A stretch of DNA of 57,158 nt, filler included, from Sluysia triapertura (Eukaryota), in NCBI GenBank assembly GCA_046118255.1. It is 5 parts of 5 records of this genome, joined end to end, with 100 filler letters (N's around TTAATTAATTAA, not from the genome) between each part and the next. Parts side by side here need not be neighbours in the genome. Positions count along the whole stretch, not along the records: positions 34,306 to 45,404 come from JBJNIA010188909.1; positions 45,505 to 57,158 come from JBJNIA010182403.1; 3 more parts are not named here. One strand, given 5' to 3'. Below the pieces are notes generated by a model. That model saw nothing but the letters and a program-made list of their open reading frames with translations, had not been told where the DNA came from and made no database searches. Of this stretch, positions 37,140-47,960 are shown in pieces. Position 1 is the stretch's first letter; every line of letters begins with the position of its first letter. Position numbers and translations under genes: made by a program.

Positions 37140-37472
37140 ATCACGATGACGAGATCAAAGACTTGTGCCTTTAAGAATCAGGAAATTATTGGATAACAAA
37201 GGAGGGCAAACAAAGTACTGATACAACAGTTTGTACGCATTATATTTGTAGTAAATTGTGTTGTCATTCTACATGAATAAAATTTCTGTATGTTTTGGAT
37301 CGCAGTATTTTTATCTATTATTTTACTTTCACTAGAATGTTTTTAGAGAAAGTAGTTATTTTCCAACATCTTACATTTTCCGTGACAATGTTTTTATACA
37401 CTTTTGATTAATAGTTTCATAGTAACCTTAAAAAATGTTGAATTTTATCACAAAAATGGTCTCTAGTCTAAA
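37140..37472 (+). mobile_element. Tc1 3' fragment, same family as 11910-12398
   Basis: HDDEIKDLC...KGGQTKY* and the 3' non-coding part align with ~12044-12380. Confidence 0.85.
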
Positions 37473-38361
37473 TTGTCAATTTTCTCCACATAATAGCTAA
37501 TTACATTATATAATATAGTTCTGACTTTAGTCTATAGTATTATTTCAAATTTCTAAATTTTTCTTAAGTATAATAGAAAGGTCTTGACTAAGTGCGTAGG
37601 CGCTTATTTATTTTAATATTTATTTAAAAATTAAATACTAGCATTATTAAATTTATTTCTTTACAATAATATTAATATAATATAATATAATAATTATAAA
37701 AATTAGATTAATCATAGTGTATTGTAATAAAAATCTCAGTAATAATAATAATAATAATATTTAATTTTTACATCAATATTTTTAATTAAAAGTTGGTTGT
37801 AATAAAAATATCATTTCCTATAAAAAAAGAAAATTATAAAATCTATTTAATCAAACACATAAATTTCTTTATTAAATTATTAAACACAAGAATGTAATAA
37901 AGGTAATCGAAGCAAATTAATACATTAATTAATTACAAGATTGAACATAAAAATAGTACAAGTAGGTCTTTTTAAAATGATTTTCCAGATTTAAATTGCT
38001 CATAATTTTCATAATAATAATAATGATAATAATAATGATAATCTTATAATGAGCCATTGTATTACTTTGTAACACATTCATTGTACGTCTTATATAACGA
38101 TCAAATAAAACATCACAAAAACAATCAAATACCAATTAAAACAAATGGTATCTCAAATTAATAAAACTCGTCATACTATGGAAATTGTTGTCAGTAAAAT
38201 GTTATTTAAATCTGATTGGATTATTTAAACAAAATATTTCACATTATAATTTCTGCTTTTTAGCAGCGCATACATTTATTCATAAAAATCCAATTATTAG
38301 AAAATTGTTTGGTGGTGATAATGGCATTGACAATTTTGATAATGATTTGGTTATGGATATT

Positions 38362-38465
38362 GTTATCATCATCATTATCATTATTATCGTCATTACCATT
38401 ATCATCACTACTACCACCACTATTATTACTACCATTATCGCCATCATTATTAATATCATCATTAT
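38362..38465. repeat. Imperfect ATC/ATT/ACC trinucleotide tract
   Basis: Low-complexity tract that generates spurious Ile/Met-rich ORFs on both strands. Confidence 0.9.
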
Positions 38466-38484
38466 GGCTTGATGATTGATTTAT

Positions 38485-39472
38485 TTAAACAATTATATTT
38501 ACGACATAAACAACATACATAACATAAAAATCGTCATCGAAAATAAAATGCAATAAAAAATCGATAGCATAATTAATATCTTTTATAGAAGAAAACAATC
38601 GTGATAAATGTTTTATTAAATTATGATACATTTGATTTTTATTAGTTTTGTTAACGTCTAATCTTAAAATCATTACAATTACTAACGGCATTGTTAATAA
38701 AATGAAACAACTACTCACTGCCAAATGACTCACAACTCTTGTCATTTCCATACTGTTTGATTTTGAATCGATTGGCAGCAGCTTTACTCTTGTTCGTTGA
38801 ATTTGCCATAATTTAATACAAATGATAATATTTAAAGATATAACGGAAAAATTAGGAATAATAAAAGCAGCAATAACCTTCATATTTAAAGTAAAATTCA
38901 ATAATGATCGTTTTTTGTAATAATAATGACCAATATCACATTTTAAATGGTCACTAGCAAAACCGTGGACTTTGTCAGGATGAATTTCATAAATTATAAG
39001 AAATGGAATATATAATAAAAAAGAAACAATACAAATAATACAAACACTAAATAGGGCCATTTTTAGATAATTAATCAATAGATATTTTAAAGGTTTGAAT
39101 ATAGTAATAATTCGATCTAAAGAAAACAAAATCATAATCCATGAAGACGCAAAATAAGCCACATTTGGAGTATATTCCATTAATTTACACATAGTATTCG
39201 ATTTCAAATCTAATTTTGCATTCGTAATGGTATTGTTCGATAAGTATAAAATGCCTCGTCCTAAAAAAAACATCGAATATACTGTTTGTTAACAACATAA
39301 CTGAATGAGTAATTGCCAATGACATACAGTAAATGGAAAATCTGGATTGCCTTTTTTCTTGTGAAAAGATCACTACAACAATAACATTTCCAATTATACC
39401 CATTACTCCGAAAACAGGTGAAAAATATGCTCGATAAAAACCGACAGAATTTTCTGCGAATTTATTGTTCAT
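38485..39472 (-). CDS. Intronless rhodopsin-like (class A) orphan GPCR, with one frameshift in a T8 run at ~39263-39270
   Basis: TM1 GIIGNVIVV, ECL1 Cys (MCKLMEY), TM3 FSLDRI...FKP, ECL2 Cys, TM5 IIP, TM6 LLTMP, TM7 DINYAIDF. Removing one T fuses the two ORFs (DVFLGRG) into ~328 aa. Confidence 0.9.
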
Positions 39473-39902
39473 GTTGCCAAATTTTGTAAAGAAAATTTAT
39501 TTAAAAATCCGAAATCATTTATCCAAATTATATTTGAATCAACACATATGGAAGATAAAATACACGCATTTGTGCTACAGTTAAATTTTCTCGCTATCTA
39601 CACAAAGTGTCGTGTATTTCTATAAGTTAGAAAATAAAATAAATCAGTCGCATTGGTTTATTTTAATATTCAATGAAACTGATATAAATCAGATTAAAAT
39701 GTAAATATTGATAGTTTTTTTCTGAATTTTGCTTTTAATTTATGTTAGCTTGTTTAAACTGATATTTTATATAGTTAATTAATCCTTTTTCTATTTTAAC
39801 ATAATTATACTGATTTAACAAATTTTGTAATATAATTTAAAATTTGTATAATTATTCTTTTATTAATATAAATTTTGATCGATTTATTGTGTAAAATATT
39901 AC

Positions 39903-40405
39903 ATGGTACTATATTAATAAGTTTTATAATTAATAATTTTCAGTCTACTTTATTATTAGCAAAGATTCCAATTGCTTCTATAGTAAATGCTAATAAACTT
40001 TATGAAAACCCACAAAAAGTTGGAAGTTGGCATTTAGAATATAATAAATTGAAAACATTGTGGCCTAAGAGTTTAAAAAATGAATTAGTTTTAGATTTTG
40101 AAAAATTGTGGCTGCAAGGACGTATAGAAAAAGTTATATCAGAAACAGAATTTCAGTTAAACGATAATACAGACAAAATGCAACTTATACAAACACCTAC
40201 AACATATAAAGATAATGTTGATGATGTAAAAGAAGGTAATTATGTATTAGTTGTTGCTGTAATAACTAAAGCTATTGAAAGTATGGAGCACAATTTTAAA
40301 GCAGTTAGAATTGGTAAAGTGGATTTTGATAAAGTAGAAACGTGTGAAATGATGTGGAAGTTTGAAATTATGGAATTTTGTGCGCTGTACAATTCTGTTC
40401 AGTGA
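39903..40405 (+). CDS. RMI2: RecQ-mediated genome instability protein 2 (OB-fold); exons 39903-39905 (ATG) and 39944-40405
   Basis: LWLQGRI, LNDNT, EGNYVLVV, KAVRI and EMMWKFEI match RMI2 motifs (VWMQGRV, GKYVMV, ESMWELEV); ATG|gtacta...ttttcag 38-nt intron keeps frame; 154 aa. Confidence 0.8.
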
Positions 40406-40649
40406 TTTTGTGTGTTAATGTGTTATAATATATTAATTTCGTCAGAATTTTTAATCCTCCCACATTCTGTGACTGGACTTTTTAAGTGTTTATTATAAGT
40501 ATGTAGACATAGGCAGTAGTTGTATTCTGTTAATATATACTTAATTTAATCTATTATGATGGAATGTGGTAGCAATTTAACTAAAAATTTTGAAGTAAGA
40601 AATTACAATAAAAATTATTTTTTTAAAGTATTAATTAAAAGTTTTGTTA

Positions 40650-41155
40650 AAAAAATCTCCGATACTTAAAATATAACACCCAAATTTTATATTTATAAAA
40701 ATCGATGTTTCTAAAGCTAAATTTTTCTAATTCAGAAGTGTGAATCTTTAGAAAACTTACTATAAGCCTTTTGCTCTTCCGTTGCAACGTAGCTTCTCGG
40801 ATTAAAGCATTTAAAATACTCAGTGCCATAGCCTTGACCATATCGTCAGATATAATGAAGTTTTTGTCATTTCTTAACAAACTACTCTAATACGCTCAGT
40901 TATCAACTTTTAAAATCTTTAAGAATTTTGTTTATGATTCCAATAGGCATGTTAAATATCGTTGCCAGAACTTTTTGAGAGAGTATAAAACCCCTGCGTT
41001 TGAATTTTTGGTCAATAATGTAACTTTTACTACTTTCATTTATGCCGAAGTAAATTTTAATAAAATGGAGCATTAAAACAAAATGTCTTTTGAGTTTATT
41101 TATGTATTACTTTTGAAGCGCTAATTTCATTTTTCAAAAAATGTAGTATTCGTTA
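40650..41155 (-). mobile_element. pogo/Tigger-like transposase remnant
   Basis: DNA homology to ~9070-9305 (gcgctaatt.cattt, aaaacaaaatgt, gaagtaaattttaata, tgccatag.cttga.cata); NFIISDDMVKAMAL resembles the CENP-B HTH. Confidence 0.55.
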
Positions 41156-41779
41156 CACAATTCGAATCGTAAGAAAAGTTGGCGCTTGGTTCATATTCAA
41201 CATAAACAAAACTAAAAAGATGTGGGATAATTAATAAAAGAATATTTTAACGAATTATATAATATTTTAAAAATAAATCTTGTTTGACCTTTAACTTTTT
41301 TATCTCTAATGATTTTAATTTATAATGTTTATAAATTGGGGTGTAAGAATAGAATTTACAAAAGTGAGTTTAATATTTTTTATTCTAATAAGTAAAATAG
41401 TGCTACGGTTTTTCTATGGCAAATTATTTTTCAGTAGGGTGCGGTTACAGCAAACTTGATAAGTTAATAATTATCAATGAATGCTTTAACTTTAATTTAA
41501 CTAATCAATTTAATTATAATTACAAATTATTAAGGGTTTTTGATTTATGCTTACGTAATATATTTATTAAAATCTAAACTAAAAACGAATAAATTCACAA
41601 ATTTATATTAAAGCACAATTTTTATAATAAATTAACAACACTGAATTACTAAGAGACATTATAAGGACAAAGTAGATTAGAATTAAAATTAAAGTAGTAG
41701 TAAAAATATTAAAATTAAAACCACTAAGGATCTTTAATTGTATTTGTGATAACTTTACATAAATGTTAACCCTCAATAT

Positions 41780-42200
41780 ATCGGAGAAACATCGCGACGA
41801 AGTTTTTCATTATTTCCTCCACCCGGTAACACAATTGGTTACGCACATGTTTGTAAATATTTATTGACAAGTAATTATTTTTAACTTATTTATTTCTAAT
41901 GAATGTTGAACACTATCAGTCAATTCATCATTTGTGTTTGGTGAAGCTTCATGTTGCAACGATTGTATTAAGTTAACAAACCCCAAATTAACATTTAAAT
42001 CAGGAAGATTTGGAGGTTCTGACTTAAATTTAATATTCCAACAATCAGCAGAACCTACAGCATCAATATCTTCATAATTATCAGAGAAACTCTGTTTTCC
42101 ATTATCTTGATGTACGTAAATTGTTTTGTCATTATAAGTTTTCGGAAATTTCGAATAACATACTCTATAATCATTCCACATTTTTCGTTATTATTGTTCC
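41780..42200 (-). mobile_element. DD39D (plant-mariner/Guest-type) transposase, C-terminal part, decayed
   Basis: IYVHQDNGK...WNIKFKSEPPNLPDLNV-NLGFVNLIQSLQHEASPNTNDEL matches QQDNA...QPPNSPDLNVLDLGFF.AIQSLQ. Confidence 0.85.
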
Positions 42201-42264
42201 TTAGAATTTATTGATCCACATCCCAATTTTATCTTGAAAATAATGCTTTTGATATGTATCATAG

Positions 42265-42757
42265 TGTTGTGCCTTTTAATACTTTTATTTTCTCAAATTA
42301 TAACATTAAAACTCCATAACTAAATAAATTCAAAATCTTGATAAATTCTTTATATTATCACAAGATTACAACCAAAATACATAAATTATTCTTTATAACA
42401 ATGTAAATTATTCTTTAAAGACAAATCACAACCAAGGTTGACACAACTCATTTAAACTTTAGCGCAACTCAATTAATGCAGTGATGAACCAAAGCAGCCT
42501 CCCTACAGTTAAAAAGTCAATTCGATTTCTCCTAGCTCCGTCTTAATGTCGGCTTCACTTGTGTTTTCTTGCAGAAATGGAACTGCTTATATAGCAGTTT
42601 TATAAAAATTAGTGAAATTAAAAATCATAAATTGAACAAGACGGAAATTAAAGCTCTCAATTTTCTTTTAGTAGGCAATAAGCGGACTAATTTTACTGTT
42701 TAAATGTCCACAGCAATTTCCGTCTATGTTCAACTTCATTATCATTTGTGGTAAACA
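42265..42757 (-). mobile_element. Solo-LTR-like repeat nested in the DD39D element
   Basis: TGTT...AACA termini, AATAAA near the 3' end, homologous to 55443-56131; no TSD identified. Confidence 0.65.
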
Positions 42758-43373
42758 ATCTTATAAATATTTTGCTTTTGCATTTTCTCTCAGGTTCTTC
42801 TTCGTCTAACATTAAGTAATACGAGCGTTTAATTTTACTAAGATAAAACAATTTCTCGTCAATGTGAATATAGTAATATAAATTATCAAAATAAAATTTC
42901 CGTTACTGAAAAGATTTACTTTTGACAAGCAAAAGTGTAATCTTTCCCATTTATTTTTATCCGTTGAAGTTGCTTTAACTGTGGAAAATATTCGATTAAA
43001 ACAGTTTTTGCTGTTTAAATATATTAAACATAGATAGTTTAGGAATATTAATTGCTTCAAAAAGACTATGACGATTTAATGGTATATTCTTTATTTCGTT
43101 TTCATTCGCATTTATTTTTCTTTTTTGAAGAAACCTCGGTACATATTTTATCTTCTCTGTATTAAGCTTGTGCTGTATGCCAAATTCTACTTACAGTCAG
43201 AAGGGTTACTTGAAATGCAGCAGCAACTTCATTGATTGCACCATGTTATAATCGGTTTTCTTCTGCATGCTGTAATAATATTTCTAGGATACAATGATAT
43301 TGTTCTTCATACAATTGTTTATATTTTCAACTCTTCTTTTTAAGTTTATCAATTTTTCTTCGGAATTTTCCAT
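42758..43373 (-). mobile_element. DD39D transposase, N-terminal half, decayed
   Basis: GAINEVAAAFQVTLLTVSRIW (HTH), VSSKKKNKC, ERLHFCLS and YIHIDEKLFYLSKIKRSYYLMLDEEEPERKCKSK (first Asp in the HIDEKWF-type motif). Confidence 0.88.
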
Positions 43374-44897
43374 TTTCAAAGCACACCCCTTCCTATTTTA
43401 TTTATCTGAAAAAAGCTGATCTTTGATCGTCAATTTCTTATTTTACACGAACACAATATCTGTAACTTATGTTATTATGATGAATCATGATAATAAAATA
43501 AGTGTATAAAATATTTGAATCAAGACGAAAATTGCATATTGTGATATTGTAAAGAATATATCGAGATTCCGAATTTGTTTAGGCTCTGATAATTTAAAAT
43601 AAATGTATAACAATACTGCAAGAAATTATACTAACAAATATGCAAAAATAATTTTCTGAAAGAGGGTTCACCTAACAGAGACGTCCTATATCTGACCGAG
43701 GCGGTCTAGTAGGATTTTTTGAAAAAACGAAACGTGTTAAAGATTGTTTAACAGAATCAATTGATTATTCACTCAGAATATTTATAAGTTGTACTAGTTG
43801 GTTATCAAATACAATTATTGAATATGCAAATTAAATTAGCCTTTAAGGTCTAATTTTTAAAATTAATATTGAGCTAGACTAAATCAAAATATTTTAAAAA
43901 TTCACTTGTACAGATTTTAAAGTTAGGAGAACAAAATTACTTAATTTATTAAAATTCTTATGACAATAAAACTTATAACAATAAAAAAATATAATAAAAG
44001 AATATAATAACAATATCAGTTTAAATAATATTTAAGAAAAGGGCAGTAAGCTTTTTCTTAATATTAATTTAGAAATTTAGATTTTAGATTAAGCTATCCG
44101 TTAAGGTGTAGCTTTCAGTTTACAAAAGTTGAAGTAATATTTTAATCCTTCCTAAATCTGTAAGGGATCCTTAAATTAAAATTAAATTACTTCAAGAGCA
44201 TGGAACGAATAATGTGAAATGGAAAATATTTTTATTCTGAATCTCTATTTGATATCTTCTGTTCTTTTTTTGTTTTCAATATTATCTATTGATGCCAAAA
44301 TTCCCAATATGGCGTGACTATTTTCAAAAATAAACATAATATATAATTTACTTTGTTAAAATAAAAATAAAAAATTTGTAACTATTTTTTACAATAAAAA
44401 TTTTCAAGATTTAATATTATTTCGCAATTTAAATATAATATTATATTTAGTCGAAATAATTTAATAAATTATATTTTCACGATTATATTCTATTTTTTCA
44501 GTAATTTATTAATTAATAATAATAATATTATTTACACAAATATGTTGCGTCTTTAAAATTTTATTAATTAATACAACTCAATATTAACTGGATTAGCTTA
44601 AAAGAATTTAAGTAATCTTCTTACTTAATATTAATAATTATTACTCCAAAACTAAGCTCTTAAGAATCAAATCAAAAAATAAGGCAATAATTTACTTTTA
44701 CATAAAAATCAAATTAGAATTTAATGTTATTAGTACAGCTTTCCACCAAACAAAACCAAAAATAGCTAAAATGATAAAATTAACTGTAGCGTTTATAATA
44801 ATATTAAGAATACTACAACATAACTGAAAAAACCAGGAGTGATGTAACAAACACTAAAAATATGAATATCCAGAAAGTTTAAAATAATAATGATAAA

Positions 44898-45020
44898 AAA
44901 TATATTTTTAAAAATAAATTGGGCACAGTGTCTCCCACGAAGTTAACTTTAAATTGCTAAAAATCCAATAATTAAATCAAAATATTTTAAAAATAAATTG
45001 CGTAGAGTGTCTCCCACAAA
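44898..45020. repeat. Direct repeat of ~42 bp (tattttaaaaataaattg...gtgtctcccac)
   Basis: Two copies about 77 bp apart, upstream of the contig-end repeat. Confidence 0.7.
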
Positions 45021-45221
45021 ACTATTTTAGAAATAGATAAAAAATCAAACTTAATAACTTACAATAAAAATAACGCAATATTTTAAAATAAAATTAATTA
45101 TTTATCTTATTTCAATATAATAAAATAAAAAATAAATAGAAACGTTACCCTATGCATTTATCTTTATAACTGTACCATTGTTTCATTTTTGTTATTGTGC
45201 GTTAAAAATTTAGAAATCTTT

Positions 45222-45404
45222 ATTTTATACTCTCTCGTCATCCAATCAATTCCCAGTCTCACAACCAAACACTCACACAAATCATCCAAACCTCTTTGAG
45301 AATCAGACCGACAATAACAACTTTGAAAATTACATGGTACGGTCTGTCAAACTTTATTAGGTACAAAACATAGAAATCTGATTTATTATCAACCATCATT
45401 TCCT
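45222..45404 (+). repeat. Dispersed repeat family, copy at contig 4 end
   Basis: Homologous to 10405-10570; one frame is nearly open. Confidence 0.7.
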
Positions 45405-45504
45405 NNNNNNNNNNNNNNNNNNNNNNNNNNNNNNNNNNNNNNNNNNNNTTAATTAATTAANNNNNNNNNNNNNNNNNNNNNNNNNNNNNNNNNNNNNNNN
45501 NNNN
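45405..45504. other. Artificial contig linker
   Basis: 44 N + TTAATTAATTAA + 44 N. Confidence 0.99.
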
Positions 45505-46399
45505 TTTAAAATCTAAAATCAAAAAACTTTAGTTGGTCCGTAAGACCAATTATAATATAATTATCACAGGGTAGAGTTTTCCAAAGCTAGACCCTTACTA
45601 TATCTAAATTCCTTATCATTATTACGATTTTATTATTTTGATATTTTTGTGTTATTATTGTTTTTTAAATTTTGATAATAATTATTAATAATTGTGTAAA
45701 TATTATTTTGTTTTTGGTGTAATAAAAAATAGCTAGGTTTTAGTGACTTTTTATTTAAATTAATTTAAAGTGAGTAACGTTAAATCTCATTTATAACATT
45801 ATTTCATTTGGGTAATTTCGTTGTAAAAGTATAATAATTCACGTTAATAAGTTTTACACTTTCGCTATTTAGTTGACACCTTTGTAATAATTCTATTATT
45901 TATAGTCTAACGTTGGTCTTACTTAGTCTTGCTTAGTTTTTTAAGTTATTTGTTGTAAAATAACGATTTTGCTTGTTATTGTTAAATTGAGACGAAACAT
46001 CTTTTAAAGAGTTAATTTTGATAATTACTTTCACGTAATTTTTACAGGTACGCCATAGGTAAGTCGTATACTGTAAACAGACTCATAATAATTAATTATT
46101 TTGCTGTAGGTAAGTTTTTAGGTTAAGAAAAGAACCCAGCACGTTTTATAATTTTATGATTGTTTAATACGGGCGTCTACATTTGTCGCTCTTTGTTACC
46201 CTGGAAACTTTTTATTCATCAATTATATACAGACGATAATTTATAATTTTAAATTTATATATTATTTTTAAAGAATAAATGATAATTTGCTATTTCTGTG
46301 ATATTTAAAATATAACAAGATTAATTGTTAATTGATTTAACGTTGCATTATTTGAATAAAGACACAACAATTGTAAAATTTCACAAATATTCCATTTTA

Positions 46400-47960
46400 T
46401 AGTTTCTCATTATGTAACATTTCTAGTGGAAAATATTTAAGATTCTTATTCTCAAACATGTCATTCTGTAAATATTTCATATTCATTTCTAGATTTTTCT
46501 ATTTCGCTTCACCAATCTGATTCCTTTTTCTACTTCTTTATGTTAATTATTAATGCATAACGTCTATTTTTAATATTAGGAACAATACTTTAAATATTTT
46601 AAAGATATTAAATACTTTACAAGGTTTCTCAAAGGTCTCAAAGATTCTTTAATGATCTCAAGATTAAAGTTACTTTAAAGCTTCAAAACTTGTTCTTAAT
46701 CCATCTCAACACCTTGCAAAGGTCTTTAGAACTCCAAGAATTTTTTCAATAACTATTTTATTATGTTTTTCTCATCATTCTGTATCACGTTTCTATACAA
46801 TTTTTTTATTTCACATCATCCTTATTTATTTATTATTCAAATACTTGGTAATCCCAACATAAACACTTAAAAATTTCTATAATTGTTATTGTACCAAAAA
46901 GTTTCTATCAATTTATGCTGACTATGTCAGCAATTTAGATAACATTATAAGTTATGTGTTATTAGTAAATAGACAACAAAGGCTTAAGGCACATCTAACC
47001 AAAATAAGGTAAACAGAAACAAACTTTAATCAGTTGTAAATGGAATGTAAGATTTAATCACATTATTTGCCAATAATGCGTTGAACTAGCCTTTTTACAG
47101 CAGAAAAATGCATAAATTATTGCAGTATCATTAGATAGTGGTTCTTTATATAGTGTTTGAACAATTTCTGAGAAGTCGGAAACTCGACTCAATTAATGTG
47201 CATGCTGACAAAGTCGGTTTTATGCAACAATCAAAATTAATAGTAGTTACTTTCGAATTTCCGTCTTAATATTATTCAGAAATTATTCAAATAAGTATTA
47301 TTCTTGGACAAATAAACTACCATCCAACAAAGATAACAAAATCAAAACTTAATGCAATGTTTATAACAATACTTATTTTACAATAATACATCAATCTAAA
47401 TTGAATATGAATTTAATCAAATATAAAACCAATAATAACTTTTGATTCAGTGAGCAACACATCAAAGGTTTCATATATCACTTTCAATGACATTTATAAA
47501 GTTAGAATTATTTAATATATACTTTTTCTCTGTGTGACCATTGCAATACATAGAAATCTAACTTGATCAAGAAAAAAATTACTTAAAATAAACTATTTTA
47601 CATTATTTCCGTCGACATGTTTCGAACTACCTCGGAGTTCAAAACATTAATAAATTTAATAATGTATCCTCTCATATAAACCACCTCTCACATGCAAGCA
47701 TCATATACAAAGCTAGTGAATTCAAATTATTTTCAAATAATCTTAATTAAATTAATAAAAAATGAACTCATCTATTTTTTAAAATGTAAAACCATTCACT
47801 CTTTTTTACATGCACCTCATTCGACCATAATTTATCTTGGTGCTTATTTTTACTTTTTAGTTATTTTTCATTCTCATTTTCCCTCACATCGCAAACGACT
47901 ACACCCTTACATACATCTGATCCTTCAACAACACAAACAAAATGAATAGGTTTGTAAACC
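46400..47960 (+). mobile_element. Decayed Penelope-like element (RT-thumb and GIY-YIG remnants)
   Basis: SFLDFSISL (cf. LPFLDxxI), NYLIYTFSLCDHCN (GIY plus CxxC) and TILHYFRRHVSNYLGV...SSHINH...FKLF; likely interrupted by other DNA. Confidence 0.6.

Noticed and set aside
38185-38472. Ile/Thr- and Met/Val-rich ORFs on both strands
   Set aside because: Products of a trinucleotide low-complexity tract downstream of the GPCR
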